Assembly (NCBI RefSeq): GCF_004353825.1
Contig: NZ_SMNA01000010.1
Coordinates: forward strand, 62,001 to 126,000
Direction of reading: 5' to 3'
Length of the DNA stretch: 64,000 nucleotides
Origin: Occultella glacieicola
GTDB lineage: Bacteria; Actinomycetota; Actinomycetes; Actinomycetales; Beutenbergiaceae
Part shown: piece after piece, positions 1 to 11,646 of the stretch
Numbering within the stretch: the stretch's first letter is position 1
Layout of the letters: every line of letters begins with the position of its first letter
Translations under genes and position numbers: made by a program
The notes under the pieces: generated by a model
Told to the model about the DNA's origin: nothing
The model's database searches: none
The model's input: only the letters and a program-made list of their open reading frames with translations

Positions 1-207
1 CTGACCAAGGAGGAGATCGAGTCGGTCGGGTACGGCTACCTCGACCTGTCCGAGGCACTGGCCCGGTACGACCCGGCGGTGATGAAGGACGGCTGGAACA
101 CGATGCCCGACGGTGAACGGGTCTTCTACATCTCCACACCGTCGGCCGGCCTGTGGGCCACGCGGGAGAAGCTGTCCCAGCGCGCCGAACACGAGCAGCA
201 CTCCTGA
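1..207 (+). CDS. C-terminal fragment of a lactate racemase (LarA/DUF2088)-superfamily protein, truncated by the window edge
   Basis: Frame 1 reads LTKEEIESVGYGYLDLSEALARYDPAVMKDGWNTMPDGERVFYISTPSAGLWATREKL...*. This resembles the C-terminus of LarA-like sugar-acid epimerases. Not in the ORF track. Confidence 0.6.
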   Translation: MTKEEIESVGYGYLDLSEALARYDPAVMKDGWNTMPDGERVFYISTPSAGLWATREKLSQRAEHEQHS

Positions 208-1817
208 ACGGCGGACCGACCCTGCATCCCGCACCCGCTCACCAGCGCGCCCGTTTCAGCCTGACCGCAGGCGCGGCCGAGTACCTCGCCGCGCCCGCGG
301 ACCGGAGTCTGTGGCCGGACACCTGGACGCTGCAGCGGATCCGGCGGGACGCCCTCGGCGCGCTCGTCCGGGTCTACTGCGGCTGGCCCCGCACCATCGC
401 CGCCGCCGCCGCGGTGCTCCTCGGGGCCGGCGGTGGCTTCCTCCTGATCCAGGGCCACGACGCGATGGACGTGACCGGGCTGATCTCCCGGATCGCCGGT
501 CTCGTGCTCGTCGTGGCCGCCGTGGCCTTGGGGGGCTACGTGCTGTTCACCGGCGCGCGTCTGGTCGCGGCCATGTCCGCCTGGGGGCGGATCCGGCCCC
601 AGGACCGCGTGGTCACGACCGGGACCCTGTTCACGCCCGCGTTCGTGGTCCGGGTGGTCGGGGCCGTGGCTGCGCTCGCCGGCGCGACCGTGCTGATCGT
701 CCGCCAGCTGGACCCGGAGACCGCCCTGCCTGCGTTCGGGGCCGTGGCCATCATCGCGACCGGGATCATCGCCGGGCTCGGGTTGCTCGGCTCGGTGCTG
801 GCCGTGCTGCTCGGACAGCGGGCGCCCAGCGGACCGGGGACCACGTCGCCCCGCGGCGCCGCGGCGGGCAGCCAGTACGAGCCCGGCGCGAGCCAGTACG
901 CGCCCGGGGCCGGCCAGTACGCGCCCGGTGCGAGTCAGTACGGTCCCGGCGGGTACGCGTCGGCCGGAGCGGGCGCGTCGGCCGACCCGCCCCAGTGGCA
1001 GCCCGGGCCGGACCAGCCCGTGGGGCCGTCGGACCCCGCCGACCAGCAATGGGCGCAGCCGCCGCAGCCGGGCATGCCCGACCAGCCTGGCGGGTATCAG
1101 GGCGCAGCCGAGCCGTGGGCACAGCCGCCGCAGCCGGGCGTGCCCGACGGGCCGGACGGGTATCAGAGCGCGGCCGAGCCGTGGATGCAGCCGCCACAGC
1201 CGGGCATGGCCGACCAGCCGGGTGGGTATCAGGGCGCGGCCGAGCCGTGGGCGCAGCCGGGACAGCCCGGCCCGTCGGACGCCGAGCCGTGGGCGCAGCC
1301 CCCGCCCGCGCACCCCATGACCACCGGACACGATCCCGCGACGGCCGGACCTGCGCCGTCGGCGGCCGTAGCGCCAGCGGAACCGGCCCTTGACGGCGAC
1401 GACGACATCGAGCACACCCGCCTCGTGCACCGGAACCTGCCCCCGCCGGCCAAGGAGGACGTGACCCGCGCCGTCCGGGCACCGGAGATCCAGGTGCTCC
1501 TCTCCGACGGCCGGCACCTGCCCCTGAACGCGACCACGCTCCTCGGCCGGGCACCGCAGGCACGCACGAGCGAGCAGGTGGAGGGACTGCTGGAGGTGGA
1601 CGATCCCGCCGTCTCGAAGACCCACCTGTCGGTGCGGATCGAGGGCAACAAGGTCTGGGTGACGGACCGCGCGTCCACGAACGGGACCATCCTCAAGGGC
1701 CCCGGCGGGGACGAGACCGAACTGGAGCCGTGGCTGGAGACCGCCGTCGCCATCGGCGCCACCGTGCACTTCGGGCACGTGGTGCTCTCGGTGCTGCTGG
1801 ACGAGGCCACTGGCTGA
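153..1817 (+). CDS. Membrane protein with Pro/Gln/Gly repeat linker and C-terminal FHA domain (start uncertain, probably after 207)
   Basis: About 4 hydrophobic segments, then QYAPGAS and WAQPPQPGMPDQPGGYQGAAEP repeats, then FHA motifs LLGR, VSKTH and STNGT. Confidence 0.8.
   Translation: MGHAGEAVPARRTRAALLNGGPTLHPAPAHQRARFSLTAGAAEYLAAPADRSLWPDTWTLQRIRRDALGALVRVYCGWPRTIAAAAAVLLGAGGGFLLIQGHDAMDVTGLISRIAGLVLVVAAVALGGYVLFTGARLVAAMSAWGRIRPQDRVVTTGTLFTPAFVVRVVGAVAALAGATVLIVRQLDPETALPAFGAVAIIATGIIAGLGLLGSVLAVLLGQRAPSGPGTTSPRGAAAGSQYEPGASQYAPGAGQYAPGASQYGPGGYASAGAGASADPPQWQPGPDQPVGPSDPADQQWAQPPQPGMPDQPGGYQGAAEPWAQPPQPGVPDGPDGYQSAAEPWMQPPQPGMADQPGGYQGAAEPWAQPGQPGPSDAEPWAQPPPAHPMTTGHDPATAGPAPSAAVAPAEPALDGDDDIEHTRLVHRNLPPPAKEDVTRAVRAPEIQVLLSDGRHLPLNATTLLGRAPQARTSEQVEGLLEVDDPAVSKTHLSVRIEGNKVWVTDRASTNGTILKGPGGDETELEPWLETAVAIGATVHFGHVVLSVLLDEATG
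870..1290 (+). repeat. Coding tandem repeats: about 4 x 21 bp (SQYAPGA) and about 3 x 66 bp (WAQPPQPGMPDQPGGYQGAAEP)
   Basis: Visible directly in both DNA and protein. Confidence 0.85.
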
Positions 1818-3713
<1,896 letters not shown>

Positions 3714-3789
3714 CCCGCTTGCTGCCGGTCCGGGGACGGAGGGTTTCGCCGCACGGTGCACGCGGTGATCCCTTCGGCCGCCGCCGCGC

Positions 3790-3871
3790 GACGGCCACCT
3801 CGGTCGGCTGACGCCGTTTCCCTCGGTCGGCTGACGACGGCCACCTCGGTCGGCTGACGCCGTTCCCCTCG
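3790..3871. repeat. Direct repeats, CCTCGGTCGGCTGACG x3
   Basis: Three copies within about 80 bp downstream of leuA. Confidence 0.8.
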
Positions 3872-4600
3872 ACCACGTGCCGACCGTCCACCCCGTCGGT
3901 CGGCCGTCACCAGCCGCCGGCGCCCGCCTCACCACGGCGGGCGACCGGTACGGGCCCTCGCGTCGCGACCCACCACCCCCGCGCCGCACGCGAGGTACCC
4001 GCGTGAGAGCGCCGCCCCGGCCCATCCGGCCACCGGGCGGCGCTCTCGCCATGCCGTCGCCGAGCCCGCCCAGCCCTCGCCCTGGGTGAGGGTGCGATGG
4101 TGGTTGCCGTTTCGTCACTCTCGGCGGTGCCGCGGTGATCGAGCCCGTCGTCCGCGCGTCCGGAGGGATGCTGAGGCGGCGCTGCCGGCGGGCGCGCGGG
4201 CGGCGGGTGTGCGTCGTGGATGTGGTGTCAGCGCGTTGGTGCGGGTCAGCGAGTGTCTCCGGTGTGCTGTGCACGATCAGATCCGTCGTGGGCGCTGGGT
4301 GCGTTCGGCCCGATAAGGGGGTGTGGTGCGCGCTCGCAGCGCCACACCCCGCTTCACCCTCGGCCGGTGCCCGCCCGTTCGGGTCCCTTGTGGTGTGATC
4401 GCGACGTGTCGGGCGCGTCGTTGTCGCACCGTTACGGTGTCGCGGCCCTGGGGCGAGCGAGGAGGAGGGTGGGCCTGGGGTGCGGCGTGCCAGGGTCGAG
4501 GTGGGTGTGCGTCATCTGATGGCACCACCACACACCTGACGCACACCCCGGGCGCGCGTCGGGTCGGCCCGATGTCGGTGCGATGGGGGAGAATGTCCGG

Positions 4601-5332
4601 GTGAAGCTCTACCGGGACGAGGCCGTGGTGCTGCGTACCCGCAAGCTCGGGGAGGCGGACCGGATCCTCACGCTGCTCACCCGCGCGCACGGGCAGGTGC
4701 ACGCGGTCGCGAAGGGGGTTCGGCGCACCTCCTCGAAGTTCGGCGCTCGCCTGGAGCCGTTCAGCGTCATCGACCTGCAGCTCTACGCGGGGCGAAACCT
4801 CGACGTCGTCACCCAGGTGGACACGCTCGCCCCGCATGGCCGGGCGATCAGCGGTGACTACGGCCTGTTCACCACGGCGACGGCGATGGTCGAGACCGCG
4901 GAGCGGCTCACCGAGATCGAGCGTGAGCCGGCCACCCAGCAGTACCTGCTGCTGGTCGGGGCACTGCGGTCCCTGGCCGAGAAGGTGCACGCCTCCAGCC
5001 TGGTGCTCGACTCCTACCTGCTGCGCGCCCTTGCGATCGCCGGGTGGGCGCCCACGTTCTCCGAGTGCGCCCGCTGCGACGCGCCCGGCCCGCACCGGGC
5101 CTTCGTGGCGCCGATGGGCGGGATCGTGTGCCCGAGCTGCCGACCGCCCGGTGCCGCGGCACCCGCCCCGGAGACGGTGGGCCTGCTCGGCTCCCTGCTC
5201 GCGGGGGACTGGCCGCACGCGGACATCAGCCACGAGCGGCACCGCAAGGAGGCCTCCGGACTGGTCGCGGCGTACACCCAGTGGCACCTGGAGCGACAGT
5301 TGAAGTCGCTGCGGCACGTGGAGCGGGCGTGA
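4601..5332 (+). CDS. recO: DNA repair protein RecO
   Basis: [38 protein letters not shown] and a CxxC...CxxC zinc finger. Confidence 0.96.
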   Translation: MKLYRDEAVVLRTRKLGEADRILTLLTRAHGQVHAVAKGVRRTSSKFGARLEPFSVIDLQLYAGRNLDVVTQVDTLAPHGRAISGDYGLFTTATAMVETAERLTEIEREPATQQYLLLVGALRSLAEKVHASSLVLDSYLLRALAIAGWAPTFSECARCDAPGPHRAFVAPMGGIVCPSCRPPGAAAPAPETVGLLGSLLAGDWPHADISHERHRKEASGLVAAYTQWHLERQLKSLRHVERA

Positions 5333-6132
5333 GGGCCGCCGAGCCCGTCGCCCCGCCGCCGCACCCCACCGGTGCCCGCCCGCCGGAGGTGCCCGCAGCC
5401 CTCGTGCCCAAGCACGTGGCGATCGTGATGGACGGCAACGGCCGGTGGGCGAACGCTCGCGGGCTGACCCGCAACGAGGGGCACGCCGCGGGTGAGGCCG
5501 TGCTGCTGGACATGGTCGCCGGGGCGATCGAGATCGGCGTCACCCACATCAGCGCGTACGCGTTCTCCACCGAGAACTGGAAGCGGTCGCCGTCCGAGGT
5601 CCGCTTCCTGATGGGCTTCAACCGGGATGTGCTGCGCCGGCGCCGGGACCTGATGAACTCCTGGGGGGTGCGGGTGCGCTGGGCGGGCCGGCGCCCGCGG
5701 CTGTGGCGCTCGGTGATCAACGAACTCGAGGAGGCCGAGCGGCTCACCACGGGGAACTCCACCTGCACGTTGACCATGTGCGTGAACTACGGCGGCCGCG
5801 CCGAGATCACCGACGCCGTGCGCGCGATCGGCCGTGAGGTCGCCGCCGGCCGGCTCGACCCGGAGAAGATCACCGAGCGCACCGTGGCCCGGCACCTCGA
5901 CGAGCCGGACCTACCCGACGTGGACCTGTTCCTGCGCACCTCCGGGGAGCAGCGCGCCTCGAACTTTCTCATCTGGCAGTCCGCCTACGCCGAGATGGTC
6001 TTCATCGAGAAGACCTGGCCGGACTGTGACCGCCGGGACCTGTGGGACGCCGTGGTCACCTACGCACGCCGGGACCGGCGCTACGGCGGTGCGGTCGACC
6101 GGCCGGGGGAGGCCGGCGGGCCGAAGGCCTGA
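5329..6132 (+). CDS. uppS: Isoprenyl transferase (undecaprenyl/decaprenyl diphosphate synthase)
   Basis: [24 protein letters not shown] and [15 protein letters not shown] overlap with the recO stop. Confidence 0.95.
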   Translation: MRAAEPVAPPPHPTGARPPEVPAALVPKHVAIVMDGNGRWANARGLTRNEGHAAGEAVLLDMVAGAIEIGVTHISAYAFSTENWKRSPSEVRFLMGFNRDVLRRRRDLMNSWGVRVRWAGRRPRLWRSVINELEEAERLTTGNSTCTLTMCVNYGGRAEITDAVRAIGREVAAGRLDPEKITERTVARHLDEPDLPDVDLFLRTSGEQRASNFLIWQSAYAEMVFIEKTWPDCDRRDLWDAVVTYARRDRRYGGAVDRPGEAGGPKA

Positions 6133-6292
6133 GGCGCACCGCGCCGGGCCGCGCCGCCGGACGGCGCCCGCGCCACCGGAGATGGCCCGCGTCCTGCCAG
6201 CCAGGGCCCGCGCTCCAGACGGCGCCTGCACTGAAGGGCGCCACCCGCGCTGACGGGCGCGGCCCGCGTTGCCAGATGCCCGGGGCCGAGGG

Positions 6293-6943
6293 TCAGCGAC
6301 GCTCGGCGCCGGACCCCTCCTCGGCCGGCACCGCCGGCCGAGCCGGCTGCTGCGTCTCGGACCCGACCACCTCCTCGAAGGTGTCGATCACGCCGTCGTC
6401 GGCTCCGCCGTCGGGCAGCGCCCCCGCCGGCACCACGGAGCCGCCCGCACGGCGGCGCCGTCGCACCACGAGCGCGACCACACCGACCACGATCGCGACC
6501 ACCAGGGCGCCGATCACGGCGAGGCCGAGTGGGCTGCCGGCGGCCGCGGCGAGGGCCGCCTCCCAGACCGCGAATCCGATCGTCGCGTAGATCGCGCCCC
6601 ACGCGATGGCGCCGGGGATCTGCGCCAGCGTGTACTTCCACCAGGTGATCCGGAGCACGCCCGCGCCGGCCTGCACCATCGACTGGAACCCGACCGTCAG
6701 GTAGCACACGGGCACCGCGAACAGGCCCCAGCGGCGGATCGCGCGGATGCCGGCGTCCGCGCCGCCACCCTCCAGCCAGGTGTGCGCCCGCAGTGCCCAG
6801 CCCTGCGTGGGGTGGGTGCGCCGCAACGCCTGCTCGGTGACGATCCGGCCCGCCCAGTACATGCCCTGCCCGCGCAGCATCGCGCCGCAACTGAGGAGGG
6901 TCATGGTGAGCCAGAACGGGAGTTCGGCGAGGAAGTCAGGCAT
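6293..6943 (-). CDS. DedA/VTT-like membrane protein
   Basis: GAMLRGQGMYWAGR, RRWG, YLTVGFQSMVQAGAG and hydrophobic helices. Overlaps the zur stop. Confidence 0.7.
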   Translation of the reverse strand: MPDFLAELPFWLTMTLLSCGAMLRGQGMYWAGRIVTEQALRRTHPTQGWALRAHTWLEGGGADAGIRAIRRWGLFAVPVCYLTVGFQSMVQAGAGVLRITWWKYTLAQIPGAIAWGAIYATIGFAVWEAALAAAAGSPLGLAVIGALVVAIVVGVVALVVRRRRRAGGSVVPAGALPDGGADDGVIDTFEEVVGSETQQPARPAVPAEEGSGAERR

Positions 6944-7343
6944 CGTGGGATCCACGGCGCGCGCACTGCGCGCAGGTGCCGAACAGTTCGGCGGTGTGCT
7001 CGACGTCGACGAAGCCGTGTGCCTGCCCGACTTCGGCCGCCCAGTGCTCAACGATGGCGGCGTCCAGCTCCACGGTCCGGCCGCAGTCCCGGCAGACCAG
7101 GTGATGGTGGTGCACCTGCTTGCGGCAACGACGGTACAGCGACTCGCCCTCGGCATTGCGCAGCACGTCCACGTCGCCGTTCTCGGCCAGGGTCTGCATG
7201 GTGCGGTAGACGGTGGCCAGTCCGACCGAGTGGCCGGCCTCGCGAAGCATCTCGTGCAGCTGCTGCGCGCTGCGGAAGTCGTCGGTGTCGGCGAGGAGCT
7301 CGCCCACGGCCGCGCGCTGGCGGGTCATGCGTTGCATCGTCAC
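6936..7343 (-). CDS. zur: Fur-family regulator, Zur
   Basis: RMTRQR, GLATVYRT, HHHHLVCRDCG and CAQC, located in a zinc ABC operon. Confidence 0.9.
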   Translation of the reverse strand: MTMQRMTRQRAAVGELLADTDDFRSAQQLHEMLREAGHSVGLATVYRTMQTLAENGDVDVLRNAEGESLYRRCRKQVHHHHLVCRDCGRTVELDAAIVEHWAAEVGQAHGFVDVEHTAELFGTCAQCARRGSHDA

Positions 7344-8266
7344 TCCCGAGCACCGGCCTTGCTGACGTTGACGTCGTCATCCATGTCCGGATGAGGATCG
7401 GCGGCGCGCCCCCGCCCGGCGCTCAGCAGCGGACGGACGGCCGCTACTACAGCGTAGACGCAGATCGCCAGGACAACGATCGTCGCTCCCGGCGCGAGCC
7501 GCTGGAAGAACGTGATCACGAGGCCGATGACGCACACCGCGGCCCCGACTCCCATCGCCGTGAACATGGTGCGCCGGAACGAGGACGTGACCAGTTGGGC
7601 GATGGCGACCGGCACGATCATCAGCGCGCTCACCAGCAGCAGCCCGACCACGCGCATCGAGACCGTCACGGTCAGCGCCGCGACCACGGCGATCAGGATG
7701 TTCAGGACCTGCACGGGCAGGCCGGTGGACCGGGCGAACTCCTCGTCCTGGGAGACCGCGAACAGGGCGGTCCGCAGCCCGATGCCGACGGCCATGATGA
7801 CGGCGGCCATCACGATGGTCATGATCAGGTCGCCGGTGGTGATGGTCGCCAGGGAGCCGAACAGGTAGCCGGTCAGGTTCGCGTTCGTGCCGCCGGCGAT
7901 GCTGATGATGACGACGCCGCCGGCGATGCCGCCGTAGAACAGCAGGGCGAGCGCGACGTCACCGCTGGTGCGCCCGCGGGAGCGGACCACCTCGATGAGG
8001 ATGGCACCGATGACGGCCGCGACGACGGCGCCCAGCACCGCGTAGGCGTCGTTCGGTTCGGCGCCGGTCCAGGAACCGACGAGCCAGCCCATGGCGACGC
8101 CCGTGAGCGCGACGTGACCGACGCCGTCGCCCAGCAGGGACAGCCTCCGCTGCACCAGGTACGTGCCGATCACCGGCGCGGCCAGGCCGACCACGAGGGC
8201 GGCGAGCAGGGACCGCTGCAGCATCGGGCTGGAGATGACGGCGATCAGTTCGTCGAGCAGGTTCAT
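7340..8266 (-). CDS. znuB: Zn/Mn ABC transporter permease
   Basis: LLGDGVGHVAL, YLFGS and VVGLLLVSALMIVP (ABC-3 family). Confidence 0.9.
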   Translation of the reverse strand: MNLLDELIAVISSPMLQRSLLAALVVGLAAPVIGTYLVQRRLSLLGDGVGHVALTGVAMGWLVGSWTGAEPNDAYAVLGAVVAAVIGAILIEVVRSRGRTSGDVALALLFYGGIAGGVVIISIAGGTNANLTGYLFGSLATITTGDLIMTIVMAAVIMAVGIGLRTALFAVSQDEEFARSTGLPVQVLNILIAVVAALTVTVSMRVVGLLLVSALMIVPVAIAQLVTSSFRRTMFTAMGVGAAVCVIGLVITFFQRLAPGATIVVLAICVYAVVAAVRPLLSAGRGRAADPHPDMDDDVNVSKAGARE

Positions 8267-9048
8267 GGCAGCGACCTCGGGGTGACGGCCTCGTGGACGT
8301 CGGCTCTCTCGTGGTGGCCGTGGTCGAGATGGACGTGTTCGTGGTCCGCGTCACCGTGGCCGGGCGCCGGCGCCGGGATGCCGCCGTCGTGTGCGACCTG
8401 GCCGTGGCGCAGCACGACGCACCGCTGGATGAGCGGACGGATCGGGCCGAGCTCGTGAAGCACGATGCCCACGGTGATGCCCTCGGACTGGAGGGTGGCC
8501 AGGAGCCTGGCGAAGGTCTGCTGGGTGGGGCGGTCCACCCCGGCCATCGGCTCGTCGAGGAGCAGCAGATCCGGGCGGCGCACGAGGGCGCGGGCGATCG
8601 CCACCCGCTGCTGCTGCCCGCCGGAGAGCTGGTGCAGAGGGCTGTTCGCGCGATCGCCGAGGTCGACGGACTCGAGTGCGGCCAGGCCCCGGGCGCGCCC
8701 GCCCCGGGGGACGTGCCAACGCCGGTCGTTGAGCAACCCGGTCAGGACCACCTCCAGGGCGGTGGCGGGGATACCGGAGCCGACGGCGGCGCGTTGCGGC
8801 ACGTAGCCGATCCGCGGCCAGGGGATCTGCCGCCGTTGGGTGCGCACGGAGGTCCCGAACAGGCGGGCGTCGCCGCCGGTGATCGGGACCAGGCCGAGCA
8901 GGGAGCGCATCAGCGTCGACTTGCCGGAGCCGTTCGCGCCGAGGAGGGCGACGACCTCGCCCTCACCGACGGTCAGGTTGATGCCGCGCAGGATCGTCGC
9001 GGAGCCCAGGTCGACCCGCAGGTCCGTCACCGAGATGAGGTCGCTCAT
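8263..9048 (-). CDS. znuC: Zn/Mn ABC transporter ATP-binding protein
   Basis: GANGSGKST, LSGGQQQR, LLLDEP and a His-rich tail. Confidence 0.9.
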   Translation of the reverse strand: MSDLISVTDLRVDLGSATILRGINLTVGEGEVVALLGANGSGKSTLMRSLLGLVPITGGDARLFGTSVRTQRRQIPWPRIGYVPQRAAVGSGIPATALEVVLTGLLNDRRWHVPRGGRARGLAALESVDLGDRANSPLHQLSGGQQQRVAIARALVRRPDLLLLDEPMAGVDRPTQQTFARLLATLQSEGITVGIVLHELGPIRPLIQRCVVLRHGQVAHDGGIPAPAPGHGDADHEHVHLDHGHHERADVHEAVTPRSLP

Positions 9049-10025
9049 GCGCAGCCGAGCGCCCCCGTCAGTTCGTCCAGGTTGGTTCGCATCACCGAAA
9101 GATAGTCCTGTTCGGGATCGGTCAGCCCTTCGATGGGGTCGAGGACGCCGACGTCGATGCCGAGATCCTCGGCGAGGACCTCCGCGACCTTCGGGCTGAC
9201 CAGGGTCTCGGTGAAGATGGTGGTCACGCCCGCGTCCTCGACGATGTGACCGATCTCGGTGAGTCGGGCCGGTGCGGGCTCGCTCTCGGGGTCCAGGCCG
9301 GAGATGCCCACCTGGGTCAGGCCGTACCGGTCGGTGAGGTAGCCGAACGCGGCGTGCGAGACCACGATGACGTCGCGCTCGCAAGTGCCCAGCGCGGCGG
9401 TGTACTCCTCGTCGAGGCCGGTCAGCTCCGCGGTGAGCGCCTGCGCGTTCGCGGAGTAGGTCTCGGCGTTGTCCGGGTCGGCCTCGGCGAAGGCGTCCGC
9501 GACGGCGTCGGTGACGGCCGCGAGCCGGGTCGGGTCGAGCCAGAAGTGAGGGTCCTCGCCCTCGAGGGAGTGGTCGTGCCCGTCATCGGCCCCGTGCTCC
9601 TCCGCGTGCTCGTCGTCGTGCTCCTCCGCGTGCTCGGACTCCTCGCTCCCGTGGATCACCAGGTCGGCCGTATCGGCCGCGTCCAGGAGCGACGGGCCGT
9701 CCGTCTCGGCCAGGGCGTCGTCGACCGCGGGCTGGAACCCGGACAGGTACACCACGACATCCGCGTCCTCCAGGCTGAGCACGTCGACGGGGGAGAGCTC
9801 CAGGTCGTGCGGCTCCGCGCCGGCCGGCGTCAGGTTCGAGACCTCGACCAGGTCACCGCCGACCTGCTCGGCCACGAACTGCAGCGGGTAGAACGTGGTC
9901 AGCACCGTCGGCACGCCCGCCGGGCCGCCTGTCCCGCTGTCCGATGCTCCGCCACAGCCGGCCAGCACCAGGGCGGTCACGGCGGTCAGGGCGGGCAGGG
10001 CGAGGGCTCGGCGAGCGATGTGCAT
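9045..10025 (-). CDS. znuA: Zn ABC transporter substrate-binding lipoprotein
   Basis: Lipobox LAGC, EPHD, His/acidic loop, DPHFWLDP and SHAAFGY. Confidence 0.9.
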   Translation of the reverse strand: MHIARRALALPALTAVTALVLAGCGGASDSGTGGPAGVPTVLTTFYPLQFVAEQVGGDLVEVSNLTPAGAEPHDLELSPVDVLSLEDADVVVYLSGFQPAVDDALAETDGPSLLDAADTADLVIHGSEESEHAEEHDDEHAEEHGADDGHDHSLEGEDPHFWLDPTRLAAVTDAVADAFAEADPDNAETYSANAQALTAELTGLDEEYTAALGTCERDVIVVSHAAFGYLTDRYGLTQVGISGLDPESEPAPARLTEIGHIVEDAGVTTIFTETLVSPKVAEVLAEDLGIDVGVLDPIEGLTDPEQDYLSVMRTNLDELTGALGCA

Positions 10026-10039
10026 GGGAACCATTCTCA
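10025..10039. promoter_or_regulatory. Putative Zur box TGGGAACCATTCTCA
   Basis: 7-1-7 near-palindrome (minus strand TGAGAATGGTTCCCA) abutting the znuA start. Resembles actinobacterial Zur boxes. Confidence 0.7.
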
Positions 10040-10244
10040 CTTGCGGTTCGCGATGGTGTCAAAGTGACCTGCGCCTCAGCCCGACGGCGTGCGGGACTGC
10101 CCGACGGCACAGGGGGCCTGCCCGAACGCGGCCGGGCGGCCACCGGCGGGTAGCCTGTCCGTGGGTCTCGCCCAGGCCAGCCAGGCCCGGGCCCGCACGT
10201 CCGGAGCCAGCCAGGCCCGGACACACATCCAGGAGTGAGTTCAG

Positions 10245-11633
10245 TTGGCCAAGGAGCCGTCCCGTCTCGATGCCGTCGTCAACCTCGCCAAGCGCCGGGG
10301 GTTCGTGTTCCCGTCCGGCGAGATCTACGGCGGTACCCGCTCCGCCTGGGACTACGGACCGCTCGGCGTCGAGCTGAAGGAGAACATCAAGCGGCAGTGG
10401 TGGCAGAACATGGTCCGCGGCCGCGACGATGTCGTCGGCCTGGACTCCATGGTGATCCTGCCCAAGCAGGTGTGGGTCGCCTCCGGCCACGTCGGGGTGT
10501 TCACCGACCCGCTCACCGAGTGCACCTCCTGCCACCGCCGGTTCCGCGCGGACCACCTCGAGGAGGAGTACGAGGAGAAGAAGGGCCGCGCCCCCGAGAA
10601 CGGCCTGGCGGACATCGCCTGCCCGAACTGCGGCACCCGCGGCCAGTGGACCGAGCCACGCGACTTCAACATGATGCTCAAGACCTACCTCGGCCCCGTC
10701 GAGGAGGAGTCCGGCCTGCACTACCTGCGCCCGGAGACCGCCCAGGGCATCTTCGTGAACTTCGCGACCGTGATGGGCGCCGCGCGCAAGAAGCCGCCGT
10801 TCGGCATCGGCCAGATCGGCAAGTCCTTCCGCAACGAGATCACCCCCGGGAACTTCATCTTCCGCACCCGTGAGTTCGAGCAGATGGAGATGGAGTTCTT
10901 CGTCGCCCCCGGGACCGACGAGGAATGGCACCAGTACTGGATCGACGCGCGCACCGACTGGTACACCGACCTGGGCATCGCACGGGACAACCTGCGCCAC
11001 TTCGAGCACCCCAAGGAGAAGCTCTCCCACTACTCCAAGCGGACCGTCGACATCGAGTACCGGTTCGGGTTCCAGGGCAGCGAGTGGGGCGAGCTCGAGG
11101 GCATCGCGAACCGCACCGACTTCGACCTGACCACCCACACCGAGCACTCGGGCCAGGACCTGTCCTACTTCGACCAGACCACCGGCGAACGTTGGGTGCC
11201 CTACGTGATCGAGCCCGCGGCCGGCCTGACCCGCTCGCTGATGGCGTTCCTGGTCGAGTCCTACCACGAGGACGAGGCGCCGAACGCGAAGGGCGGCGTC
11301 GACAAGCGCACCGTGCTCCGGCTGGACCCGCGGCTGGCCCCGGTCAAGGCCGCGGTGCTGCCGCTGTCCCGCAACGAGCAGCTCTCCCCGGTCGCCAAGG
11401 ACCTCGCCGCGGAGCTGCGCAAGAACTGGAACGTCGACTTCGACGACGCCGGCGCGATCGGTCGCCGCTACCGCCGCCAGGACGAGGTCGGCACCCCGTT
11501 CTGCATCACGGTGGACTTCGACACCGCGGACGACCAGGCCGTGACCATCCGCGAACGGGACTCCATGACCCAGGAGCGGGTCGCGCTCGACCAGGTCTCC
11601 GGTTACCTCGCGGCACGCCTGATCGGCGCCTGA
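10245..11633 (+). CDS. glyQS: Glycine--tRNA ligase (alpha2 type)
   Basis: [35 protein letters not shown] and [14 protein letters not shown]. Confidence 0.97.
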   Translation: MAKEPSRLDAVVNLAKRRGFVFPSGEIYGGTRSAWDYGPLGVELKENIKRQWWQNMVRGRDDVVGLDSMVILPKQVWVASGHVGVFTDPLTECTSCHRRFRADHLEEEYEEKKGRAPENGLADIACPNCGTRGQWTEPRDFNMMLKTYLGPVEEESGLHYLRPETAQGIFVNFATVMGAARKKPPFGIGQIGKSFRNEITPGNFIFRTREFEQMEMEFFVAPGTDEEWHQYWIDARTDWYTDLGIARDNLRHFEHPKEKLSHYSKRTVDIEYRFGFQGSEWGELEGIANRTDFDLTTHTEHSGQDLSYFDQTTGERWVPYVIEPAAGLTRSLMAFLVESYHEDEAPNAKGGVDKRTVLRLDPRLAPVKAAVLPLSRNEQLSPVAKDLAAELRKNWNVDFDDAGAIGRRYRRQDEVGTPFCITVDFDTADDQAVTIRERDSMTQERVALDQVSGYLAARLIGA

Positions 11634-11646
11634 GCGCACGGGCCCG

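Noticed and set aside
3790..3871. Direct repeats considered as a mini CRISPR array
   Set aside because: The repeats are 16 bp with 6-10 bp gaps, have no unique 30-40 bp spacers, and no cas genes are present.
10040..10244. T-box riboswitch upstream of glyQS
   Set aside because: No T-box consensus (AAGGTGGNACC-like) or terminator. Only a GCCAGCCAGGCCCGG direct repeat of unclear meaning.
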